DNA from: Dictyostelium discoideum
Taxonomy: Eukaryota
Assembly: GCA_000004695.1 (NCBI GenBank)
Contig: CM000152.2
Span: forward strand, 4,320,001-4,384,000
DNA length: 64,000 bases
Direction: 5' to 3'
The notes beneath the pieces are model-generated. The model worked only from the letters and a program-made list of their open reading frames with translations, ran no database searches and was not told where the DNA came from. Both the position numbers and the translations under genes were made by a program. Shown here in pieces: positions 1 to 20,473 of this stretch (position 1 is the first letter of the stretch; the number at the start of each line of letters is the position of its first letter).

Positions 1-1366
1 CTTGGAATTTATCATTTTGAAGTGCAGATTGATAAAATAATGATAATGCTAATTTTTCATCTTTTGGTACAGCATTACCTAATGAGCTTTGAAAAATATG
101 ACCCATTTGAAATAATGAACCTGAAAATGATTTAGATGCATAAAAGTATGGCAAGGCTTCTCTAAATTTTGATTGAAGCATCAAAGAATATCCCATATTA
201 CAAAATGATAACTTTGAAATATGTTCAAATGATAATCCAGTTATTTTTGATTGTTCTTGTAATGATTGTTTATCAAATGCTTTTAATAAATCTTGATCAC
301 TCTTTATTAAAACCTTTGGAAATTTCTCCCCTAATGGATTCTGTTCAATATATTTTTTAACTTCTTTTAAAATATCTCTTATTGGTGATGTTGTAGTTGT
401 AGTTCCCTCTGTTTCTGTTGGAGTAGTAGTAGTAGTGGTAGTGGTAGTGGTAGTGGTACTGGTAGTAGTAGGGGAAGTGGCGGTGGTTGTTGTGGTGGTA
501 TTTATTTCAGTAATTTTATCAGTTGAATTACGATCATGGTGTCTAAGAGAATCAATTCTTAATTTTAATTCACCAGCAATATCCCAACATTCTTTTTCAA
601 CACTTGTTCTTTCTTCTTTTGTTATTAAATTAATTAATAATGCAGATTGAAACATTTCAAAACTTTGTAATAATTCACCTTGAATTTTTAAAATTTGAGC
701 AGCTTTGACATATGCTTTAACCCACATTGGTCTACATGAACATGCATTTTTTGAATGGCCAAGTGCCAATGATAAAAGATCTCCATCGGAATTACCATAT
801 TTTGCAAGGAAATTGTAATGTGCCAATAAACAGGTTGATAAATTTAAACTAAGTATTGATTTAATGTACATTGAAATACCACGAATTTTCAAACCTTCAT
901 TATACATTACTTCTGCTTTATTATAATCACATTTACCATAAAAGTAATTTCCATCCTCTTTCAATTGCAATGCTTCTCTATCACAATTTTCTTGTTGTTG
1001 TTGATCTTTTGGTATTTGAAGTGTGTCAACTAAAAAATCAATTTCAATATCACCATTAAAGGTGGGTTTTAATACTGTTAAGTACTCTTTCATTAATTTT
1101 CTACCAATTTCAAAAGAGTCTTTATTTATTGGTTGTTTTTGAATTAGATATCTAACACCAGTAAAACTATTATTCTCCCATTCTCTACCTGTTTCTTTTA
1201 AATATCTTTCCTTTAATAAATCTCTTAATATTTCTTTGGCAACTTCAGCCATACATTGAAATTTATATAATGTAAATTTATTAAATTCATTTTCAGTTAT
1301 TAATTCTATAGATTTTTTTTTTTCAAAATTTTCTCTATAATTATTGTTGTTGTTGTTTTTGTGCAT
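1..1366 (-). CDS. TPR-repeat protein, N-terminal part; the gene continues past the window start
   Basis: Minus-strand ATG at 1366..1364 (MHKNNNNNYRENFEKKKSIELITENEFNK...) opens a frame that stays open to position 1. Its translation contains tetratricopeptide-like repeats (EDGNYFYGKCDYNKAEVMYNEGLKI; MWVKAYVKAAQILKIQGELLQSFEMFQSAL) followed by a Thr-rich linker. AT-rich DNA upstream of the ATG supports the start. The ORF is absent from the six-frame track only because no stop falls inside the window. Confidence 0.5.
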   Translation of the reverse strand, partial: MHKNNNNNNYRENFEKKKSIELITENEFNKFTLYKFQCMAEVAKEILRDLLKERYLKETGREWENNSFTGVRYLIQKQPINKDSFEIGRKLMKEYLTVLKPTFNGDIEIDFLVDTLQIPKDQQQQENCDREALQLKEDGNYFYGKCDYNKAEVMYNEGLKIRGISMYIKSILSLNLSTCLLAHYNFLAKYGNSDGDLLSLALGHSKNACSCRPMWVKAYVKAAQILKIQGELLQSFEMFQSALLINLITKEERTSVEKECWDIAGELKLRIDSLRHHDRNSTDKITEINTTTTTTATSPTTTSTTTTTTTTTTTTPTETEGTTTTTSPIRDILKEVKKYIEQNPLGEKFPKVLIKSDQDLLKAFDKQSLQEQSKITGLSFEHISKLSFCNMGYSLMLQSKFREALPYFYASKSFSGSLFQMGHIFQSSLGNAVPKDEKLALSLFYQSALQNDKFQ

Positions 1367-2011
1367 GATAATAAAAAAAAAGAATGTTGTGATAAAAATT
1401 TAAATTGTTGAGATGTAATTTTTAAAAAACTGAAAAAAAAAAAAAAAAAAATATTAAAAATTTGGTTTTTGTGAAAAAAAAAATAATAAAAAATTATTTT
1501 TTAAAAAATAAAAACTGAACTTCACAAAAAAAAAAAAAACAGATAGGACACAAGCAGATATTCAAGAACCCAATTAAAAAAATAAAAGAAAACTAATAGG
1601 ACGATTCCTCATGAGGATAAGATTTTTTTTTTTGAAATAATAAATTCAAAAAATATTATAAATATTATCATTATGAAGTTGAATTAAAAATAAATTTAAA
1701 GAACACTAAATCATAAAAAAAAAAAAATTGAACAACGTTGTAAATTATTATTATTTTTAATTGAATGTTAAAGGCTGGATTGATTTGAAATTTATTGGAT
1801 TGGAAAAATAGTTTTTAATACTCCCCAAAATATTTTATTACAAAAATATTAAAATTATTTAAATTTCATAAATAATTTTATTAATTATAAAACTTTTAAT
1901 AATTGCCTTTAATTTTATTTAATATTAATTTTTTGAAAAAAAAAAAAATTTAAAACAAGAAAATGTTTAATAATTGATTAAAATAAATTATGAAAATAAA
2001 TAACTTTATTT

Positions 2012-2044
<33 letters not shown>

Positions 2045-2928
2045 CTTTTTTAACAATATTAATACAACAATAAATCAATTCTATGATTAATTTAAACTAA
2101 ACCAAAATTTGGTCTTGTGAATAATATGTTTTCAGTTTTTAAAGCAGAGATTTCATTTAAAGTCATGTGAGAGTTTTTATTTACTTTCAAATCCATATTT
2201 GAACTTCCATTTAATTCAATATTTTTTGAAAATAATTTAGAGATAGAGTCTTTTTATTTTTAATTTATTTTTAATTTAAAAATTAGCATATTTTATTTAA
2301 TATTAAAAAAAAAAAAAAAATATTAATTTTTTGAAAACTTACTAAATAACATTTTTTTTTTTTTTCTTAGAGTTTTAATTTATTAAATATAATAAAAAAT
2401 AATTAATTCAAAATTTTTTCAATTGACTCTATTTATATTTAAATTATTTTACCCTATTTTACTCAAATTTTAATAATTAATATCAAAATAAAATTTTATT
2501 AAAATTTAATTTCAAAATACCATTTATTTATTTTTTATTAAAAAAATAATCTACAAAAATAAATCTACTAGGTGATAAATAGATCGATTTTTTCAAAAGA
2601 CTGGGATTTTAATATAAAAATTATTTTGCACACCAAATTTTTAAAACATTAATCAAAAAATAAAAAAAAACAATTAAAATAAATGATCACATTAAAATTT
2701 AAATTATTTATACATTTATAAACGACAATTGTCCATATATTTTTTAAACAAATACACGTAATGATTGTTTTTTTATAAATATATATTTTTTTAATATTAT
2801 GTTCTGTTTTGTGTTTTTGTTTTTTGTTTTTTTGTTTTTTTTATTTTATTTTATTTTATTTTTTTTTTTGTTTAGTTTATGTTTAATTTTAGTATGCTCT
2901 TGTTTTTTTAGATTTACTATTATTACTA

Positions 2929-11907
<8,979 letters not shown>

Positions 11908-13058
11908 TCTATGTATATGTATTTATTATATATCCAAATTTCTTTTTTTTTTTTTTTTTTTTTTTATTTTTTTTTTTTTTTTTCTTTTTTTTTTAAAATC
12001 TCAAATTTTTGTATTGTTTATCATATTATGATTTGTATATATGTATATGTAAATGTTGTATGTATGTATGTATATGTTGTATGTATTTGTAATGTATCTC
12101 TTCTCTCTTTTTTCTTTCTCTTTTTCACTTGTTTTTGCCTTTTTAATTTGTTATTTATTTTATAATATTATATTACTATAGTACTTTCTATTATTACTAT
12201 TATTGGTAATTGAATTTTCTTTTAATAATTATAATGTGCTTTAAAAAAAAAAAAAAAAATTTTGTTGTTTTTAATTATTTTTTTTGTTTTTTTTTATAAA
12301 AAAAAAAATTAATCTTTTTTTAAAAAAATTTTTTATATCTGTACTAAAATGGATGGTTGTGATGTAAATATGACCTTGTTATTAATATTTAAATCATTAA
12401 ATATTTTTAAAAATAAAAAAAAAATAATAATAATATGTTTAAAATATAAATAAATTATAAATAATAATAATTAAAAAAAAAAAAAAAAAAATTTGAAAAA
12501 AAAAAAAAAAATTTCACAAATTAAAAAAAAAAAAAAAAATATTTTAAAAAAATATAAATTTTTATTTAAAACAAGTAAGGATTAAAAAAAAAATAAAAAA
12601 GAACTTCATGGAAATAAAGATAATGGTTTAATAAATTAATTAAAATTCTAAAAATGATCGTTGTTCATGTAAAATCTTTATTTGTGTTTGATTTAGAAAA
12701 AAAAAAAAAAAAAATTTAAGACAACAAAATCTTAAATAATTTGAAAATAATTCAAAAAAGACAAAAATAAAAACAAAGGGAGATTGTGCTCAAAAAAAGG
12801 AAATGGTTCTCTCTTTATTTGGTTATAAAGAAATTATTTTCATTTTTTTTTTATTTTTTTTTTTTTTTATTTTGGAAAAAAATAAAAAATAAAAAAAAAA
12901 AAAATAATTAAAAAAAAAAAATAAAAAAAAAAATAAAAATTATTTGTATATGTTGAACATTAACTGTAACCAAGTTTTTTTTTTTTTTAATTTTTTTTAA
13001 TTTTTTTCAATTTTTTTTTTTTAATTTTTTTTTTTTAAATTTTTTTTTTTTAATTTTT

Positions 13059-13098
<40 letters not shown>

Positions 13099-13374
13099 CT
13101 CCATCAACACCAATACAGTAAATTTAAATAAAGAAATAGATTAAAGTTTTCCATCTATTTATTTATTTTCCTCAATTTACAATTTTTCAAATTAATTAAT
13201 ACAATATTAAAGTTAAAAGAAAAAAAAAAAAAAGAAATTTTTTTTTTTTTATTTTTTTTATTATCATCTTGTGTGCTTGGTCAAACAAAATAATAACTCA
13301 CCAATAATAACCTTAAGAAATCATAATAATAACTAAATCAATAAAGTAATAATAATAACAATTTTAAAAAAAAA

Positions 13375-13646
13375 ATGGCTACACCATACATAGGTGCTAA
13401 AATAGTATTAATCTCAAAAAGTCTTGTCAAATATGAAGGTATTCTCTATACAATTGACCCAAAAGATAATACCTTGTCTTTAAAAAATGGTAAGTTTTTT
13501 TATTTTATTTTATTTTATTTTATTTTATTTTATTTTATTTTATTTTATATAGATTCAATCAACAATTTTTTTTTTTTTTTTTTATTCATAAGACTAAAAA
13601 AAAAAAAAAAAAAAGATATAAACCTAAGATCACTCTTCACTCTTCT

Positions 13647-13678
<32 letters not shown>

Positions 13679-13679
13679 G

Positions 13680-13712
<33 letters not shown>

Positions 13713-15700
13713 GAAAAAATTCCCAAAAAATCTAACTTTTTTTTTTTTTTTTTTTTTTTTTCATTAAAAAAACTTAAGTCAAATCTTTCGGAACTGAAGG
13801 AAGAAGACAAGGTACACAAATTCCACCATCAACAGAAATTTTTGATTACATTGTATTCAAGAGTTCAGATATTAATGATCTCAATATATGTGATTATCCA
13901 ACCACCCCAACAGATGACTCAAAATTAACAACACCAAAGCCAACCATCTCAACTAGTACATCACCATCATCAACAACTAGCACTCCAAATTTAACAACAC
14001 CAGGTGGTAAATCAACCTCAACTCCATCAAATGGAGTTGCAAACCAACCAACTCCAACTCAACCAACCCAACCAACCCTACCAACCCAACCACAACAACC
14101 AATTCAACCACAACAACCAACTCAACAATCAGTTCAACCACCACCACCACAACAACCAACCCAACCAAATCCACAACAACAACACCAACAACAACACCAA
14201 CATCAACAACACCCACAACAACCAACAATGATGAATGGTGGTATGCCAAATTTCCAACAATATGGAAACTATTCAAATCAACCACAATATGGCAATTACC
14301 CACAATTTATGCCAGCCTATGGTGGTATGCCAATGTATAGTCCATACATGAACTATTATCCATACGGTTATGGTATGCCACAAGGCCAACCAATGAATCA
14401 ACCACCATATGGTGTTTATAAACCACCAGCTGCTGTTCCAGTGACTCCACTTGCTAATCAACAACCACATCACCACCAACAACCAACCACTACTACTCCT
14501 ACCACTACCCCTGCAACTTCCACTTCAACATCAGCAGTTCCAACAACAACCCCAACAACAACAACTCCAGCCACAACAACAACAACTCCAACCCCAGCTA
14601 CAACAACAACTCCAACTCCAGCTCAAGTAACCCCAGCTGTACCACAACCAACAACTTCAAAACCAGCCCCAGTTGTAGCAGCCCCAGTTGTAGCAACCCC
14701 AACTCCAGCCCCAGTCGTTGCAACCCCAACCCCAACTCCAACCCCAACTCCAGTTACACCAAATCCAACTGTTAGAGTTGACCCATCAAGTGGACCAGTT
14801 ACAGCTGCTGCTGTTGTTGCCGCTGCTACAGGTATTGCAGGTATTCAAGGTACAACTACATCTGCACCAAACACAAACACAACAAACAATAACAATAACA
14901 GCAACAACAACAACTACCAAAGATTCAATAACCAAAACAGAAATAACACCAATAATACAAGATATCAAGGTAATAATACCAATCAAATCAGAACACCAAT
15001 TAATGGTCAAACTCAATTACAAAATCAACAACAAAATCAACAACAAAATCAACAACAACAACAAAATCAACAATTTAGAAAGAAATTCAATAACAACAAC
15101 AGCATTAATAATAATAATCAAACCTTATCTCAAAACAACAATGTATCATCAACAAATAACTTCCAACAAAGAGGTAACAACTATAAAAAACATCATAATC
15201 AACCAAAAACCACTAAGGAGTCTTTAGAAGAATTTGATTTTGAATTATCAAACTCTAAATTTAGCAAGGATAAATTGGCTGAAGAATTCACCACTACCAC
15301 AACCACCACAGAAATCACAAGCAACAGTATCTCAAGTAGCATTAGTAGTACCTCTGGTTTGAATGAGGATGAAATTGACGAGTCTGCAATCGAAGCCATC
15401 ACCGCCGGTATCTCTCATTTACCAACCTACTCACCAACTAGTTTCTTTGATAGCATTTCATGTGAAGCTTTAGATAAGGCAAACGAAGGTCAAGGTAAAT
15501 CAAAATCACTCTATGAACAAAGAAAAATCGATCAAGAAACCTTTGGTGTTTTATCTGTTAGATATGGTAGAGGTGGTAGAGGTGGAAGAGGTGGTAGACA
15601 TAATAATAGTCACAGATACTATAATAATAATAATAACAACAACAATAGTAACACTACCCAAAACAAAACAAACGCTTTCCAACAACAAAAAACTCAATAA
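13375..15700 (+). CDS. LSm14/Scd6/RAP55-family mRNP protein with an LSm domain, FDF motif, FFD-TFG boxes and an RGG tail; 2 exons
   Basis: Exon 1 is 13375-13489 ([38 protein letters not shown], donor G|GTAAGT). The 289-nt intron carries a (TTTTA)n microsatellite and T/A homopolymers. The acceptor is cttaag at 13778 and exon 2 is 13779-15700. The junction reconstitutes ..[39 protein letters not shown], which matches the LSm14 N-terminus [22 protein letters not shown]...VRSFGTEDR. The C-terminal part has [21 protein letters not shown] (FDF), FFDSIS.. and ETFG boxes and [11 protein letters not shown], and is Q/N/T/P-rich. Confidence 0.8.
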
Positions 15701-15970
15701 TTAATCAAATAATATTAAAAAAAAAAAAGAAAAAAAAAAAACAAAAAAAATTAAATTTTGAGCGATCAAATATTTCAATCAAAAACAAATTGCCTTCAAA
15801 AGTTTTTTTTTTTTTAAATAAAAAAAGATATAAAAAAAAATTCAAAAAAAAAAAAAAAAAAAAATTCAAGAAAAAATAATAATAACAAATAATAATAGTC
15901 TATATGAAACAAATTAAAATAAATAAAATAAAATAAAAAATTTTAAAAAGAAATATTATTTAAAAATTAT

Positions 15971-16735
15971 TTAATTTATTTTCCTATTACTTTGAGATCT
16001 AGTTTTAATTGTGGAAACTGCGGGGATGAATGGTGAAGGTTGAGTTGTTGTTGGTGGAGGAGGAGATGAGGATGGAGATGAAATTGATTTAGTTTTTTTT
16101 ACTTTTTTTGAAGAGGTTGCTGTAGAGGTTTTGGTAGTGGTAGTTGTTGTGGTGGTGGTTTGTTTTGAGGCTTTTGGTGCTTTTTTCTTTTTTACAATGG
16201 TTGGAGTCCCTGCTTGAGATTTTGGAGGTAACCAACTTGGCCATTCAACACCTTTATAACTGGAGAAATGTAATTTTTCACCAATATAATAATTTCTATA
16301 TGAGGAAACAACATCGGACCAACTATTGGTTGGAGTAACTTTATAAATATCTGGCATACAAAGTGGCATAATTGGTGCTTGAGCCATTGAGGTTGGTAAT
16401 TGAGATGGATAGTTGTTGGTTAAAAAGTCCATGTGGGTTTTACATGAATGAATCTTGCCATATCTTGTGGTGTATTCTTGTAATAAACTATGACAATAGT
16501 CAGAGACAATATCGTAGGTCTTGTTATTGGTTCTCACCCATTTGGTTAGTGGGTGATTGGTATGTGTTAGTTTCATTGGATTTGGTGCTTTTAATTTCCA
16601 ATCCGAAGATGGTTCCATTAAATGCCATGTACTATACAATAGTTGAGTTGCTTCTAAAATTAATTTTACAACATGTTTATCATTATGATATCTTGCACTT
16701 GTAGCTGCAACTAAATCCAAATAAAAAAGATTCAT
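15971..16735 (-). CDS. Hypothetical 254-aa protein; the N-terminal domain weakly resembles the pyrimidine-dimer DNA glycosylase (T4 endonuclease V/DenV) family; K/S/T-rich basic tail
   Basis: A single uninterrupted minus-strand ORF (MNLFYLDLVAATSARYHNDKHVVKLILEATQLL...) that is clearly more GC-rich than its flanks. Codon choice is enriched for ACC, AAC, TAC, GTC, GAC and AAG, which suggests a highly expressed gene. The segment NHPLTKWVRTNNKTYDIVSDYCHSLLQEYTTRYGKI loosely matches the DenV-family motif GHVTFFYDK..L.KR...LI.E..KRG.NI. The family assignment is an inference only. Confidence 0.6.
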   Translation of the reverse strand: MNLFYLDLVAATSARYHNDKHVVKLILEATQLLYSTWHLMEPSSDWKLKAPNPMKLTHTNHPLTKWVRTNNKTYDIVSDYCHSLLQEYTTRYGKIHSCKTHMDFLTNNYPSQLPTSMAQAPIMPLCMPDIYKVTPTNSWSDVVSSYRNYYIGEKLHFSSYKGVEWPSWLPPKSQAGTPTIVKKKKAPKASKQTTTTTTTTTKTSTATSSKKVKKTKSISSPSSSPPPPTTTQPSPFIPAVSTIKTRSQSNRKIN

Positions 16736-16940
16736 TATTTTAAATTTTGGTTCACAAAAAAATAAAAAATAAAAAAAAATAAAAAAAATAATAATTTACA
16801 AAAATAAAAAAATATGTTTAGATATATGTTATATATAATTATATGTTATTTTATTGGATGAGTGAATAAAAAAATGAAATGAATAATTAAATAAAAATAC
16901 TCAAATTGAAACTTTTAAATCTTTGAAAGTGGGAAAACAA

Positions 16941-16983
<43 letters not shown>

Positions 16984-17297
16984 AAAAATATTTTTAACAC
17001 CTTTTGAAAATAAAATTAAAAAAAATAAAAATAAAAATAAAATAAATTAAAAGTATATGATGAATTACAGGAACTCATTGTTTGTACAAAAAAAAAAAAA
17101 AACCTCAAAAAGATAAAACTTGTTGTTGTTGTCATTTAATTTTATTTTATTTATTTTTTTTTATTTTTTTTTTATTTTTTTTTTTTTTTAAATTAAGACA
17201 TGTTTGAATTTTTAATTTACTTTATTTTTTTTTTTTTGTGAAATTTATTGAAACTTTTAATTTTTTTTTTCTTTTTTGGGATTATTATTTTAAGGAA

Positions 17298-17330
<33 letters not shown>

Positions 17331-17680
17331 TTTTGAGAGCAGAGAATTTAAAAAGAACGGAATACCATTCCTTTACTAAAGTTTTGAGGCAACTCCATTT
17401 AAATATCTAAGAATCGTTCTCTGTTCCTTTCTCACAAAATTTTTTTTTTAAAAAAAAAAAATAAAAATAAAAATAAAAATAAAAAAATAAAAATCTAAAA
17501 AAAAAATGAAAAATGTGAGAACTAGTTTTTTTTTTTTTCTTCAGAATTTTTTTTTTTTTTTTTTTTAAATTCTAACGTTATAACCACACTTTAAAGCAGT
17601 GATTTTATTTATTTATTTTTTTTTTTATTATTATTATCATTATTATTATTATTTTTTTTTGTAATAATACCAATTGAAAA

Positions 17681-18432
17681 ATGTCCGAGGTTATTTTAGG
17701 AACTGAAATAATTGGAAAGAATGGAATTAAATTATTTACAAGATTAATAGATACCAATGATACAGATAAGATTGTTGAAATTGTTAATTGGGCATATCGT
17801 GGTAAAGATGGTACAAATCCTTGGGCCACTGAAAAAGATTTAGTAACTGTAAGTTTTATATTATTAAAAATTAATAATTTATTTATTTTCTATTTTTAAA
17901 AAAAAAACTAGTACTAATAAAAAAAAAAAAAAAAAAAAAGGGATTTAGAGTTACACCAGAAATGTTACATTCAGATTTAAATACAGACAATAAATTAATG
18001 AAATTAATGTTAATTGAACATATAATTGAAGATAATATTGATGGTGCATCAGAAGCATCAGAAGCTACAACCACCACTACAAATACTGTATCAGCAGATC
18101 AAAAAAGATTAATTATTGGATGCGTTAAAATTGAAAGAGAATCATTGGAATCAAAAGAAGCAGTTATTGGTATGTTAAGTGTTGACCCAAGTTATCAATC
18201 GAGTGGTATTGGTTCAATTTTAGTTAGATTAGCAGAAGGAGAAATAATAAAAACTTTCAATGTTTTTGAATCACATTTGCACGTTGTAAACGTACGTGAT
18301 ACTTTAATTGCATGGTACAATAAATTAGGATACATAACTACTGAAACAACTTTTCCATTTGATGTTGATAGTAATGTTGCATTAAAACAAATTCACTTTG
18401 TATTATTAGTAAAAAATTTATTAAAAAAATAA
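17681..18432 (+). CDS. GNAT-family N-acetyltransferase, 2 exons
   Basis: Exon 1 is 17681-17848 (MSEVILGTEIIGKNG...KDLVT, donor ACT|GTAAGT). The intron ends at ..aaaaag at 17940 and exon 2 is 17941-18432. The acetyl-CoA-binding motif AVIGMLSVDPSYQSSGIGSILV is typical of GNAT motif A. Confidence 0.7.
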
Positions 18433-18669
18433 ATAAATAATAAATATAATATAATTTAATATAATATAACATAATATAATTAAATTAAAGTATGAATAAC
18501 ACTTTATTTATTATACATATATATTTTTTTTTTTTAATAAAAAATTTTTAAAACCAGTTTCAATTTATTTTATTAAACATATTTTCTATTTTCTATTTAT
18601 TTATTTTTTAAAAAAGGAAAACCCAAAAGTTTGATGGGTTTTTGAACTAATATGATATTTAACATTTTT

Positions 18670-19185
18670 TTATAAATCAAAGACTTTTTTATTATCTCTT
18701 TTTTTATTTACTGATATTGATTGTTCTTCATCATCGTTGTTGCTGTTTTTTGACAATTCCAATTTTTTCTTTGGTGGTTGTTTTGGTAAAATGTTTTGAA
18801 TTGGTTTTGATGGAGAGGAAGACGATGATGATGATGATGATGATGAGGAAGGGGTTTTCTTTTTTGTTGAAACTGATAATGATAATTTTGAATGATTGGA
18901 TTTGTTTTTAATTACAACTTTTGTTTCACCATCAGATTCACTTTCATCACTATCTGAACAGGAGCTGGAATCATATTCGGAATCAGCATCATCAGAGTAT
19001 TCTTCCAATTTTCTTTTCTTTTCTGTTTGTTTTGGAATAATGGAGGAGGAGGAATTATTTAATGTTTCAGATTTTAATTGTTCTAATCTCTTTTTTGTTT
19101 TTTCTTTTCCATCACCAACTTTATATTTATCATGACAAACTTTACAAATTGATAAATAGTAATCCAAATCCATTTGCTAATTTAA

Positions 19186-19217
<32 letters not shown>

Positions 19218-19580
19218 TATGAAATAATAAATTATGTTAGTTTTTTATTTTATTTTTTTTTTTTTAAAATTTATTTAATTAATAAATTATACCACCTTGG
19301 TTTCCCAATAATAATTTTTTAATAATTCATTAAATTGAGATTTATTATTGTGATCCTTTTGATCATGATATTTATAAAAAACTTGATTCATTTCATCATG
19401 TGAAATAACAACTCTCTTTTTTTCTTTAATTATCTTGTGTAAAATTGTTTTTTCTTCTTTTTTTGAAATTGAGTAAAGTTTTCTAATATTATTAATTTTT
19501 TTTTTTTCAATATAATTATCTCCAGTTATTTTATTATCTTTTAAAATTTTAATTATGTATTTATATTCTGTGTTATCCAT
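18670..19580 (-). CDS. Small protein with a retroelement-integrase-type HHCC (H2C2) zinc finger and a Ser/Asp/Glu-rich tail (copy A), 2 exons
   Basis: Exon 1 is 19580-19296 (MDNTEYKYIIKILKDN...VFYKYHDQKDHNNKSQFNELLKNYYWETK, donor AAG|GTGGTA). The acceptor is aattag at 19177 and exon 2 is 19176-18670 (QMDLDYYLSICKVCHDKYK... then acidic and serine-rich). The pattern H-x4-H ... YYW.TK ... D.D.Y[LV]..C..C equals the integrase N-terminal zinc-binding motif. Track ORFs 19287-19580 and 18670-19173 are the two exons. Confidence 0.6.
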
Positions 19581-19945
19581 TTTTTTTTTTTATATATATA
19601 AAATAAGATAAAAAAAATAAATAAAAAAAAAAGTAAAAAAAAAAAAAAAAAAAAAAAACCTTATTTTTCAATTTTTTTTTTTTTTTATCCTATAAACAAA
19701 GGTTTACTTTTATTGGAAATCTTACATTGAAGCACTTTTTCAATTTTTTTTTTTATTCCAAAAAAAAAAAAAAAAAAAAAAAAAAACCAAATGTTAATTT
19801 TAAATTATAATAGTTTTTAAAATGTTTAAAATAATTTTTAAAATAGCCTTTTTTAGTTATTTTTAGTGTTTTTACCTGATCCAGACAATTATTTAAAATA
19901 ATCCAATGGTTTATAAAAAATAGAAAGAGGAGGGATAAAAAATTG

Positions 19946-19984
<39 letters not shown>

Positions 19985-20140
19985 GGTAGTAATATTGGAC
20001 TATCTTAAATGAATTTAATTTTATTTTTTTATTTTTGTTTAAAAGAGATAATTATAAAAAAAAAAAACATTTATCCATTTTTGGATAAAGGTAAAAACAT
20101 TTGTTATTTTTATTTTTTTTTTTTTTTTTTTTTTTTTATT

Positions 20141-20405
20141 TTATAAACGAGGTGGTGTATTTAAATTATCATTTTGTTGATCAATTTGCGTTATTTCATT
20201 TATATTTAAACCACTTTTCTTTGCTTCAGCTAATTTACGTAAATAAATTGCATTTTGAGGACCAGTTTCATTTACTAACCATGTTAATAAACCATTTTGA
20301 TTTTGTAATAATGTCCATGGTTCATCAAATTCACTAATTTTACCTGCATCAAGTACCATAATCTTATCACTATCCACTAATTATTTTATTAAATTAAAAA
20401 AAATT

Positions 20406-20473
<68 letters not shown>

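Noticed and set aside
435-650. ORF encoding poly-Val (MVVVVVVVLVVVG...)
   Set aside because: It is the opposite strand of the Thr-rich (ACC/ACT)n linker of the minus-strand TPR gene. It is a low-complexity antisense artefact.
13637-13928. poly-K / poly-F ORFs between the two lsm14 exons
   Set aside because: They lie entirely in the A/T homopolymers of lsm14 intron 1. The conserved LSm14 motif (KSFGTEGR) only appears after the acceptor at 13778.
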